64,000 nt of DNA, taken from assembly GCA_000934665.2 (NCBI GenBank), contig KZ537976.1, forward strand, positions 1-64,000, given 5' to 3'. Below the pieces are notes generated by a model. That model saw only the letters and a list, made by a program, of their open reading frames with translations, ran no database searches and had not been told where the DNA came from. A program made the translations under genes and the position numbers. Source of the stretch: Catajapyx aquilonaris (taxonomy: Eukaryota). This document shows positions 49,197-62,028 of this stretch, in pieces (the stretch's first letter is position 1; every line of letters begins with the position of its first letter).

Positions 49197-52100
49197 TATT
49201 ATAAATGGATTTTTTAAACAAGCGCAACCGAGTGCGCACCACAGTTATCGCATCGTGCACGGTCGAAACAAATTATAATTATAATTATAATCAATGATAG
49301 CTCTGACTCATCCTGGCAAAAACAAAGACACAGAGGCATATGCGCAAATCAATTATATCTGTTTTAAGTTATCAGTTAGATTTACATGTTAGAGTGAACA
49401 ATCTTCGCGTGTCCCAGTGTGGAGCATTTGGCATCACTCAGTATAGCCTACCCTTTTTTTCCATTGGACGTGTGAGAGGGTGGATTTATGAAAGATCATG
49501 CATGGAACACGCAGGAGTTTTATGATATTATTTTTGTGAGTGTGTGAATTGGGTGGGGTTGACCTGCTTCCTGATTTGGTGGGGTTCAAGTGGTCGTGTT
49601 GTGGGAGGGTTCGAGCGTGGTCAGTTCAATGGCCTAATTGGGGGGCATTTAAGGCATTTACTGCCCCCACGACTTTATATGCTGGGGATGTGTCATAAAA
49701 GGGCAGGGCAATTAAAATTATTCGGAGCATTTGCCACGCACAAGGAAGAGAGCTCTTTCCGCGGTACTAATGCACGATTACTCGGAATTTGAGATGAATT
49801 CAACGAACCATGTGGTTCGAAATTTGCTGCTGTTTTGATTTATTACTCCGATTTTTAAATGCGTCGTAGAGCATTAGTGGTTTTTTTAAAAAATGGGGCT
49901 ATATTTCTGGAAATAATTTGCTTGGAATTAATAAGCACAATATTAGCCACACGACGCAGCACTTTTTGCATAACAGTCATGATTTTGCCTTCAATACCAT
50001 ATTATATACATACATATATTTAATTGAGATGAGAATTTACCGATGAGAGTCCCCGAACGATATGTGGAATATATAAACTTTTCCTACATAAACCGCTTAT
50101 AAAATATTATTAAACAACATCGGTCGCAATTTCGCCTGAGAGGAAACCTTGCATGCGGAAGTCATGATGCGAACTCGATTTGCTGAGTTAACAATTTATG
50201 CTGGCTTACATACGTACTGTATCTCATCATATATGCGCTTCTGTAGAGGAACATTAATCATGCAATTACGCCTGCCCTTCGCCATTTCTGCCAAGTAAGG
50301 TGGCAACGGGTAACAATTTACAGTAGGCTTTATTGCAATATGTCAGAAAGTATTTCGCCTGGGAAGCAGAAAATTGATTTTGACATTTCACAATCAGGAC
50401 TGACATTATTGTGAGAACTTATAAAATGAATTTTAGAGACGTCAACTTCTACAGCTAAATGTCGTTTAACTAGTGGTTAAAACCTTGTTACATAACGTAC
50501 CTGGATGAATCTATATAGAACGAATAATTTTCAAAGCGTAATCCGGTATGACTCTCACCTTGTATATAGGTTCATCGAATCATCCTAACATAAAGTGCTT
50601 AGTCCTGTTTTCTCCAGCACTCAGAGTTCCTGATGATATTCTTCACTGGAGCATTTTGAGATGCCCTCCAGGTCCCGCATTACTGCGCAGCACATTCACC
50701 GAGACCCGAGATTTCAATTCCCGGGGTCAAAGAGCCAAAAGACGCAAGGTCTATAACCGGGTTCCATCAAAGGGTATAAGCTTCACTCGACCCGTATATT
50801 AAGAGAACCCGGCCGGAACACCAATTTTTGTCAGGAAATAGTTTACTACCTCAGAGAGAGAGAACGAAAAAGCACAGACGACCTCACGGGGTCATGCGCA
50901 TCGGGCCAAACCGGAAGGTCAATTCAACCTCGTACGTTTAAGAAGATTGGATTTTCCTCCTGCTGAAGCTACAGGCGACTGATGCTGTTTCCTTCCTCTG
51001 GGGCACTTGTCGACACGTCTCACCATCACCCCGTGACACCCTCCCTGTGTTTGAGCTTTACCAGAAACTTACTTGGGAGGTTCATTTGGAGGAAGTAATC
51101 GGGGAGGAAAATTACTCCAAGGCTCTCTCTTGATCTCACTGGTGGCTTATGCATGTAAAATACGGGGTCCAAAGTTTTGCAGACTTTTCCCCGGGAGAAA
51201 GCCCCTCTGTAGGAATCCGGGCAGATGCGGCTGCAGGGTAGGGTGTAATGTGGGCGGCACCTGCAGATTGCTTCCTACATACCCACAGGGTGCTGGAAAA
51301 GGTCCCGCAGGGTTTGGGTTACTTGGTCGTTTAAGACCGGTTGTACCAGCGACAAAAATTTTCCCAGATTTTACACTATCACATGAGTTGTCACTGTCAG
51401 TGTGGAGCCAAAATCACCTTGCACTTTGCCGTACAATTTTTGCTCGAAACCTAAACAGCTGACCACCCTGTCTAATTTTTGCCTGGTTAAGGCGATAATT
51501 TTTAATTACAGCCGGTGTGTCACGATGTATAAATGAAAAGCAATGAAGATTGCAGCTCGTATGCTAACGGCGATATGGCAGCAGCTTTGTTTTAAGAACA
51601 GGGCTTGTTTTCCACAGTGTCAAACGATCGCTTCAGTGCAGCGCTTGTCCCAGTGTCGCCAGTTTTGCACGGGCTAATCGCGAATTAATTGCCAACTAAT
51701 TACCCCCGGTCAGCATAGATGGCGACCATAATTGCGCCCACTAACCGCCGAAAAAACACTATTCTCCCTGTATACATGCATAAGGCCAAATTAAAATCGC
51801 ATTGTCACTCGCTCTGTGAAAAGGGTCGGAACGACATGCTTGATTAACTCCGGGCCATTCAGTGCCCAAAATATGAGAGGGCTTACCCACTCTGGACTAA
51901 TTTCTTGCAAAAGTTTACTGCGGTTTGTTGGAGAGGCAGCTTTGAATTTTGACGCATGTTATTACAAGTTACACACCTCTGAACTTCGCGTTCATTTCTG
52001 AATCGCATTTAACTGGTGCCATGTAACATGATTGTTATTGAGCTTCATCCTGAGAGATGATTTAATTTAAAACGTCCGCAGTCTGTTTCCTCTTAGCAGG

Positions 52101-55026
52101 CACAGGATCTGGCAGCCAGATAATGACCTTAAAAACCGTTACTTTTCATGGCAGAGGGTGTCCACGGTATTTAATGACGCCGTAAAACCAGCTTGTTCAT
52201 AGTAGCTTTGGGACCCGGTGTGTCATTACGCAAACCCGACTGGATTTTTCCCCCGTAAGTCTGCCGTCTCTGTCGCCCAATTCGTTTGGGACGTCCCCAT
52301 TAATATTTTTGCGAATTCTCCTCAACGGACAAGCTATAGGTTCTCAAAACCGAGTCTGTTTTTTTCAGACAGCAGTTTTTGCACCAAACCCGACACAACG
52401 AGTCCGCCAATCGATAAAATGGCGACTAGTGGGGAAAATGCCGGCGTAAATAACGCAGGAGGGAAGCTTAAGGGGGAAGGTGGGGAGGGGAGGCATGGGA
52501 ATAAAAAAAGCACTTTTTATCCTCACGAGAATGAGGCCTTTTTTTCTACCTCCAGTGTATAATGCAGAGTTGGTGGCCCAAAGGAGAAGGGTACGAAGGA
52601 GGTCATTCTCCTGGTGTGACCTGCAGGAGAAAGCTGTGGTGTCAATTAATTCAGGGTAATGTCCCCGCTAAGCTGACACCTAGCACCCTTGGACACGAAC
52701 TTGTGATGAGGCTGTTAGTGCTCACCAGGGGACGTTTTGAGATAAACACTAGACTGGATGAAGACCCGAATATTTTGGGGGGAAACACTCACAGTACAGA
52801 TGAGCTGGACATTAATGGCGGCCCTATCTTATAGCGTCAAAAGAACGAATCAAAGTGATGAATTTCCCAATTTCTTAAACGCCAATCTTCGATCTGATAT
52901 GGTGAACTTGAACTGGATTTGAGCGCATTGCCCTCCCGTCTGTTGGTTCAGAATTTTTTGAAGCGGTGAAGTGTGTGGTGGGATTTGGTTTTGAGTAGGA
53001 AAAGGAGGGTTTAGCCACCGCAATGCAGATGCCTTTGCAGGTTGGGTTTTAACATCTGGAGTGCGACAAGCCCTGGGGACTGTTTCAGTAGGATCTTGAA
53101 CTAGTTGCAATCTGGCGGTCTCTGGGACGACCCCGGATTATCGGAGAGGGTTTTGCAGTATTCGCGGTCTGTGAGCTCAAGGATGAGATAGGATGCTGTA
53201 GTATAGCAGAGATCTGAAGGTTTTGCGTGGGTTTGTGAATGAGAAACTGCGTGGCATGTTGCGTTATAGGAGGAGCGAATCAATATTGCCTTCGGGTGGT
53301 TTATGTGGACTTAGATTGCCCTATGTAGGTATCCGAATTTCCGGAGAATTATCCGGTAGGTTAGAGCCGTGATAGGTGACGCAAAGTGTGATCCGAATTA
53401 TTACCTGGGGGGAAGGAGTCATAAACTGGTTTATGGTCGTGATAACGGTCGTGTCTAATGTCCACACCGTTCAAGCAATCAGGCATTGTCGTGTAATTGC
53501 GCAAACACTTGAGAGTTACCGCATGATAAATGATAAGGCTTGAAAGTGAAGTGATTGGGAGTCAAAAAATGCTGCCTGTAAAATAAACCGATTTTCGAAT
53601 TTTACCTCGAAATTATGCAGATATATGCACGTGTAATACTAAAAATCAACAAACAAGAACATTTGCATGGACAAAACCGATTTTTTGGGGATCAAAAATT
53701 GGCTTCAACCGCTAGAGGGCGACAGAATTCGCCATAATCCAAGGCGACAACAATGTTATCAGATTAAGTCGAGCATAATTTTCCTCGTCGGAATGTCAAC
53801 AGTTCTACAGTGGCCATTTACGTCAGGGCTACACCCTCGTGGAAAAAAAGAGAAGGTTTCCCTGTTTCCTCCAGTTTCTCTGGTTTCCCGTCGGTGGTGC
53901 TCCATCCTCGGCAGGCTCTCGCTGCTGCCACCTGCTCGACGAGCGAGGCACCCACAGTGCGACGACACCGTCATTGAACTTGCGCACTGAGCACTCCGCA
54001 AGTGCTGCACCGAGTAAATGCACTGCACACATCCACATGTCAAGAGCGGGAAAATTAAACATTTTTCGAAAATACTATTGCTTATTTTTAAGCAGTAGGC
54101 TACTTTTAGGAATTAACTATTAGCTTTTGATATATTAAGTTGTGCGGAGAGTATAGGCCTAATGCAAGATATTAGTTAACCATTTTTATGTTGGAAAGTG
54201 TTGCATAGTAGCAAGCAGATTATACGTAGTGTCGTAAAAATTTCATCTTGAAGCGACGAACTTGAGGAGATAAAATTTTTGCTGTCAACATTTCCAATAA
54301 TGGTTCCGATCGATGTCGGTGCCTTCGGGTTAATATAATGACCTTCCGGAGAGAGGATTGAAGGATGGATGGGATCTGATAAGCTTTGGAGTTCCCTGAA
54401 CTCTCTTGGCTTCAACTGTGAGTCACCCACAGGCGTGGGTGTGACACATCCTGCGAGGCTTCACCACTTCCAGAATAAATTACTGCTGCATGACAAAGAC
54501 CCGCAGTTTTTATCGTAATTAGTAGCCTGATAATTATCTGTCTTCCTGATATTGATTGGATTACAGTCTGTCTGGGGCTTAAAATGGGTCTTAACAAGTC
54601 AGGCGAGGCTATGATGAAAATGTGATTACATGCAGTCGATTTTTCTTCGCTGAGTTACGAGTTTGGAATTCTGCGGGCAAGGACAGGGTGAGTCATAAAT
54701 ATTTCCACAAACGTGTAAGGAATTCCTAGTCATTGGCCCATCAGTATCATTTATTATTCTATTGTTGTAGCCTATTATTAAAAGTCTAATCAATCCTTTC
54801 TGACCAAGTGACTGAGATTTTTTTAAAAAACCACTACGATCATTAAGCATGTAATGCAAGATTGCGTATCGATTGCAACTTGCAACTAATATTAATCAGA
54901 GATAACGATTGATATTGATTAGCGTCATTTTTTTTTGCGAAAAAGATCCTCTCGACTGAAATATTGCACGATTCAAGTCGTGGATTTGGCTCAAAAATAT
55001 ACTCTCGTATAAATTTCGAATTAGAG

Positions 55027-55144
55027 ACATTGGGTGGAATTTTCGTTCCACTGCTAGCTACTGCTAACTTAGTCTACCAGGCACTGGTACTGTACTACTA
55101 AGTTAGCAGTAAATTAGCAGTGGGACGAAAATTCTACCCATTGT
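55027..55144. mobile_element. Short palindromic MITE-like element (same family as 15901)
   Basis: ~47-bp inverted arms acattgggtggaattttcgttccactgctagctactgctaacttagt and its reverse complement; aligns with 15901-15945. Confidence 0.7.
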
Positions 55145-58100
55145 TTTAAAAGCGTCATAAAATATACAATCATTTTATACAATGTTTCATACGTAATTAG
55201 ACAACCTTAATGACTCCCTCTCTTTGTCCCAGCTGTTTGCAAAAACCTCTCTAGCCTCTGCAGTGCATGTTTCACCCGGCAGATGGAATGAGGACATTTC
55301 TGCGAGATTTTCCGGGTTTAGCGAATCCTCCGCCAGAGGAGATGTGTCACCGGTTTTCGCAATTTCGCAGATGATTCATCGATTTTCGCCAGTGCAGAAT
55401 TCCGTCGCCAGATGGGACAGGCGGACTGCAAAGCTTGATTTAGTCTCCTCCCAGGAATTAACGGCCATTTTTTAAACTTTTTTATTACCTACCGATGATT
55501 GGCCTGCACACATCTCCTGCCAGACACAACTTTTTCTCTCTCTCTTTCTCTCTTCCTTTTTTCTTTGGCCGTAAACGTCTCAATAAGGCTGGATGCTCGT
55601 AAAATCCGTGCAGAGAGGGGCCAATTTTACAGCCCGGCGGTCGTTTTTCTGCAAAATGCGAACACTTGAGACTTTTGTTCTATGGCGGAACAAGGGCCCT
55701 TGGGCGTCCTCTTTTGTGCAATGCTGCGGTTATTGGATTTTTGTCGTACCTGCGCAACCTTCTTCCTTTTGAGATCTTTTGCTGGGGTGGAAGAGGCAGG
55801 AGCAGAGTCCATTAGAGGCCGGCACGTGTGTGCCTCTGCAGCCCAGGCGTCGCTCATTACCCACCCAGCTCATGTCTTGCACCACGTTTCTCTGAGAAAC
55901 CGACCCAATTCCCTCTGCCAGCTTCCGTATACACATGTGAAGACTCATCATAAATCACTCGAACCAACGGATATCAGTTACTTCCACGGATGCTACCTGC
56001 TACCCGAGTGCAGAAATACCGTGTAATTGAAAAAAAGGAATCTATATCTACTCGTGCATACCTAATCTAACGGGAGAATTTCCTTCTGACGTGATTCTGT
56101 TAAATTGGATGCAGTTGGATGTGACCAACCGGATTCGGGTGACGGTGTTTGGTGATTCAGCGGTTGCATTGAGTGAGAAATTCTCCCCGCACAGAGTTGG
56201 CCTCCCCCCCTTTCCACACAACCTGGCAATTAACCGGCCAGCAATTATGATCGGCATAATTTTATGTGCGCAGTGCAAAGCGCCGAAAGAGCTCTCCCTG
56301 GTTCCCCCCAAAAAGTTGGTCCTGTGTACAGCAAAGCCAAACTGATTGAACCTGCAGCATTAATGGCAATGATCGAACGCTGAAACCGCTTCCACGTTTG
56401 CAATTCAGAGTTTGAGGCTTCCCGTGTTCAAAATTTTTTTGTCTCTCTTTCGCGGGTGTCGACACGGTCGCCGAATGACGCGTTTCCAAACTCTCCCACA
56501 GGAGTTCTCTCTGAAACGAATAGTTTTTTTTAAGGGAGATTGCAACGGGAGGGCTTCATTTATGGAGGATTTTCTGCACGTTATAGTCTCGACATTTTGA
56601 ATAGCGGATATGTGTGTGATAGCGACTGACACGTGCCACAGTTTTGTGAACTACAACTGCAATAACAAGTACAGATTTCGGGGATAGTCTGTAGACCTTG
56701 GGTGTACGGGTACTAATAAAGCAAGAAATTAAATTGGTTATAAGTATACTCCACGATAATAATTATTCCTTGTAGCTATATACATACTGGTCCCAGTCCA
56801 GCAGTGTTTATAACGCAGGTGAGGAAAAAAAAATCGATTCCTATTATCACGTACGGCGAAGCATGTCGCCCTTCCCTGACCATATTAATGAATTCCTGCA
56901 CTCGCTTTAATTAGTCATTGTCACGAGCAGGGAGCGCTTATTGGGAACCTGCGAATTTATAATGGCATGTGACGTCCTTTCATGGACTTTATCGCGCTGA
57001 GTAGCGCTGGATTTTAAACTAATGCAAACATTAAGTTGTGGTCGGGCTGATAGGCTTCCACCGACATTATCTTGCGCTTGGAATAATTATTACTGTGTCC
57101 TCACGATATTTCAGACTGACAGGAGATTGCTGAATAATACACCAACATTATAGTTGAACGCTCTTACTTGAGAATTCAGAATTCAACCTGGTTTCCGAAC
57201 ATGGCCTGAAATAAACTTAGAGAACATTGCCAATTAATTGTAGCCCATTATAACTTTTAATTTGTCATTAGGATTTTAAGACCTTTCGCGTCGTTGGTAA
57301 TTTGATTGGTCGTGACATTTGCAAATGTTCGGCTGTGATTATTTCAAAGCCTGTAACGTGATTTTATATCGTACTTCCAACCTTGTTTGTACAAAAAAAT
57401 TTACCACCCTCCCGAATTTGATGAGCAGCAATGCACAGGGGGTCGGTATTTCTCATAAATTTTATATAATCGGAGGAAAAAAGCTGCCCCCCGTATTATC
57501 CATTAAAGGATTTATGGCCGATTAAAGATTAACTTTAATCGGATTTATGACTTTGGCCCAATAATTGAAAGGTTAGACTGCCAAAAATTTGGAGCAAAAA
57601 AACATATATTTTTTATGACGCTACCATGGAGGGAGAAATCCCTCTGGAAACACTATTCGGGTATAACTCTAGTAATTCAGGTGTGTTCAATATCCGTTCT
57701 AATATCCAGCAGCGATGATTGAAAATCGGAGTTGGAAATTCGAAAGTTAATTATCAGAATCGAACTTTTTTAACTGCTGGAATTAAGATTTAATACTTTG
57801 CAGTTAGCCCTTTGAAGCCAATAAGCGAAATGGAATTTTCATTACTGGCGGAGAGTAACTATATAGTTTGAGCAGGTACAAAAAATTGTGCAATTATTTT
57901 TTTCCCAGGGTTTAAGAGTGGCAGTTAAATAGTTTAATCCCACTAGCCCGCGCATTATTTACATGGCCCGGTAAATAAGTTAAATCCGGCTCCGTTTTTG
58001 GACGTCTCATAATTTCATATACACCTGGCTCGCAAGGGCTTATATTTAAAGAGCCCGTGTCGCATCCTTTATTCTGAATGACAGTAATAGACTTTTGTTG

Positions 58101-61100
58101 TCCCCCGGAGTGGAGGCCGCAGAGGTGCAACATTTTATGCTACCCCGAGACTTATCTCAGGGGAATGCCTGCAAGTCCCCGTGATTTGTTGGCCCCCCGG
58201 ATTTTCGGTGGTTAAAATGGCGGAGGTCCGAGGCCTAGTCGATAATAAACTGGGTTTGAAAAAAAACAAACACTGTCCCAGTTGGGAGGCCCCATGTGTG
58301 GGAGTGATATCAGCAAAATAGCCTCTGCGGATGGGATTTGGGTCCTGTCAATTCCCTCATTATGATGGGTCTCTTGATAATTAAGCGGTGGTCAGGGAAA
58401 GGTATTTTTTTTGTTTGTTTCGGAAGGCTCAAAAAACGTGGTTACACTCCGGCGCTCCGACTGTTTGTAGTCTGGGTGTGGAAATTTTTGGCGGCTTCGT
58501 TTGTTTGCTTTTCAAGGGAACCAGACCTGTGGTCAACAACAGAAAAAAAACTGAGCGTCACGTGTATATGCACAAGTGAGAAAATATGCAGAATACCTGT
58601 GTGTGAGCGAGGGTTTTTTTATGGTTCAAAAGTTTGTTTGCAACGTGTTGGACGAGGCAACATTGCTTATCAAATAAACTCCCCATGTTTTTTGGAGCAA
58701 AGTTTTGCAAAGCCTCGGTTTAAAAAAAATTTGCGCCATGCTGACCACATTAAAAGTATCCAGCTTTGCGCGGTAAATAATATGGTTGCTTTTGATGTGT
58801 CAACTGCGAATGAATTTTTAGAGGCGAAAAAATTCACACCTTAACAATTAGCTTAAAAATTAAATTTCCAGCTTTAACTCGCAATGTTTTTAGAATTCCA
58901 ACCCGAACATGATTTATTCATTTAATTACGCGTAATTAATTATTTTGCTAGCTATTTATGTGAGCAGCAGGAGTGCCAATATGGAAACTGTGTGGTAGTC
59001 AGTTTCTTAAGCATTTGCAAGGGAATTTTGCGTCATTTCGTGTCCAATTTGTCCAATTTGCGAATGACGTCACTTAATAATTCTACTGGGTCGTCACACG
59101 GCGTCGGATAATAAAAAATACAACTGAGTTAGCGTTATAACTTGTCAGAAAAAGGAGGGAGGGAGCCGCCACCTCCCCTTGCCTAATTAAAATTTGATGT
59201 TCGTCAGAGCACAGCTTTTCGCGCGAAGAAAGCTGGAGTTGCAGAATATTTTGCACGAATAATCGCGGGCGGGTTGGGTCGGTGGAAAATCTCTGCAGCT
59301 CCCGCCATTTTTTTCTTCTTCTTTTTCTAGACATTTTCCGGCGAGTCACAAAAGTTTTTAAAAAAAGTGGAGGAAAGAGAGAGAACTGAGAGAAATACAA
59401 AAAAAACTGTAAATCGATGCAAGACCGCTCTAATTTCCATCTCCACATCTCTAGCTGGAGGAGTCCCACTTCCACTGCCATGCTTCGTTTACTGACAAGG
59501 AGGAAACCCTTCCGTCTCCTTTCTTGCTTGTCCCCCACAAAGCCTCTCAGCCATTGTGACAAAGACATTTTTTTAAAAAATCTCCAAAGGATGGGACCGC
59601 TCTCCTGCTTGATTTTAAGAAAACTTAATTTTTTCTTGATCGCGTTTCGGAATTAATTGAAGCGTGCAAAAAAGTGAAGTGCTTGTTGTATGAGTTATTC
59701 GGACGACTCATAATATGCGAGTTACAATTCTGATAATTATTTTTTTGGAAAAATGAATTTCGTGAAGAATAATTTGGGCCCACTCTACATATTGCAATGT
59801 CTATACATATGTGCTGAATATGATAGGGGAAGGCAGTAAAAATGAATTTAGCTTTTACATGCAAAATTAATGTACCCATGAGGACCGCGCAAGCAGCCTT
59901 GTGTAAACTAAACAGTGCTAATTATATAAATACAGGAGCTACAGCTCTGTTTAACGTGCTAGAAATTATCTGGCCTTTCTAAAATGTAAAATTAGCACAA
60001 CCGTGCATAACTGCACCAATATTAACATGCAAGAAAAATTAACATTTCATAATATTTTTATAACAATGAAAAATTCATTTTTGTCCTCATATAATGGTGA
60101 CCCGGACCAGACATCATTGGTATAATTTTTTTCATTTTCTTGGGGGCATATTATCGCGTTGGTGGCGTATCATTACGAAACATCCTGTGCTTTTCAAAGA
60201 GCCAGCAGTTTGCTTACTAATTCCTCGAAACCCCCATTTAAAAAAAAGCGGATTCTCAAAGCCTCCACTCCATCTTAATACTTGGAGAGCTGGCAGCGGG
60301 CTTGTGTTTCAGCGAATGTTGGAGGGAAACCGCTGCCGGGCCCTTCATTATCCCTCACTAATCGTGGATTATTGATGACCCCAGCTGCACCACTGCATCC
60401 CACCCACACCCCTCCTCACCCTCACCCAGCATCGCCTATAAAAGCTTCGAGCAAGCGAGGGCAGTGGTCTCACAAATTTTGCAGGGCTGACGTGACCCCT
60501 TCCTGCTGCGTGGTTGGAGTTACGTACGTTTGACACGCATCGAAGAAACCGCCTTGGAAGCAGTATAAGTGTATACCAATTAATTTATCCGATCCTGGAG
60601 AGTGGCACGTCTGAGCCGTCTGGTGCAGTAGATGGCAATAATCGTTTAAAGCGGATGAAATGGAGGCGTCGGTGCCGATGTTGACATCCACTCCGGGAAG
60701 GCAAACATTTTAAAGCGCGGCGTCCATCTTGCCTGGGACCCCATATAACAAGAGAGTCTTCTCCGTCACCTGCAACGACTTTGCTGCAGGGGTCTTGCCC
60801 CCCCTTCCCTTATATGTGATGGGGCTGGGTATAAAAGCATCCCTTAGAAAGACGGGGAACATCACAGAGGCAACAGGCACTTTCCTTTCTCAGTCCCACC
60901 CCCGTCCAATTTATATATATCTCAGGCCTGTGCTAACTAAACGACCCGAGTGCTTCTGGCACTATGGCTTGCTGAGTTTCCACGCCTTCCGACGCCATTT
61001 ACGCGGGACTCTCGGAGCCAAACTTCTACCTCGGAGGGAGAATTTGCCAAGTGAACTGGTGCCCCACGGGTGTCCTTTCTGGGAGGGGGGGTCGAATCTA

Positions 61101-61889
61101 GTTCTTCCTTCCTGTTGCTGCTGAACGCAACCCCAGCCGGCCATGACACCATCAGGGTCATTCACATCGTGCGCCGCCATTGATGGGGGGCAAAATGTAA
61201 GCACAGTAAACTCACCTGAACCGGCTCGTGATGAATATTTGCGAATTAGTTCACCAGAAATCATTGCCAATTTCGCCACCTGTCTGATGCCAAATCCTGG
61301 TTGTCAGAAAGATGCAGTCTCGTTTAGTTGAATAGATTGTGACACCGTAGCCACGTGTGGATTCAGGTGAGATTTATATTGTCACCGTTATGTCCATCAC
61401 GTGTGTTTGGAATATCCGTGACACATTAGTAATCCACTTTGGTGCTTTCTGTCAGTCTAGATAATTGATCTATCACATCCTGTTACCATCAGCATCAGAA
61501 ACAGTTTTCAAGTTGAATGGCAACGTTCAGAGCAACAATAATGGCTGTTTACATCTATAATTTCCGCCACTTGTGCTCTCGCTCGGTAATAAGATTAGAG
61601 CCTTATCAGCAACAATTGAGGCCAATTAACAGCAAGTGGACCAGCCTTTAATTAAACCCCCCATTGGCTTGTGCACAGGGGGATTGGGAGCGGGCCCCTG
61701 TCGCAACAACTCCATACAATATTATCGAATACCATTAAAATATGAATTGACAGGCGGGGCCCCTCGCTCGTGTTGCGCCTACATAATTTACAAGCATAGG
61801 TTAATTTCATTCGTGCCAATAAATAGAGGGGGGAAAGCAAGGGAACAACAAAGCCATGTTTATGGTATTGTGAAGGCTCGAACTTGTTG

Positions 61890-62028
61890 ACAAAACGACA
61901 AATGCGCGTGTGGGACAAAATGGCTGTTTAGAATGTACAACAAAATGGCGGCTGAAAGTGTGGAACAAAATGGCGGATCAAAGCATGACACAAAATGGCT
62001 TCCACGAGTCTGACTGACACAAAATGGC
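61890..62028 (+). repeat. Phased array of ACAAAATGGC (YY1/Pho-like) motifs with divergent spacers
   Basis: Exact copies at 61915, 61940, 61965, 61990, 62019; degenerate copy ACAAAACGAC at 61890. Confidence 0.85.

Noticed and set aside
53667..54123. GC-rich patch with ORFs on both strands
   Set aside because: No recognisable protein or consistent exon structure; may be a UTR or regulatory sequence.
58338..59568. 161-168 aa ORFs
   Set aside because: Low-complexity Phe/Lys/Arg composition from homopolymer runs; likely spurious.
61890..62028. CRISPR-like repeat-spacer appearance
   Set aside because: Repeats are only 10 bp and spacers 15-19 nt; the context is eukaryotic with no cas genes.
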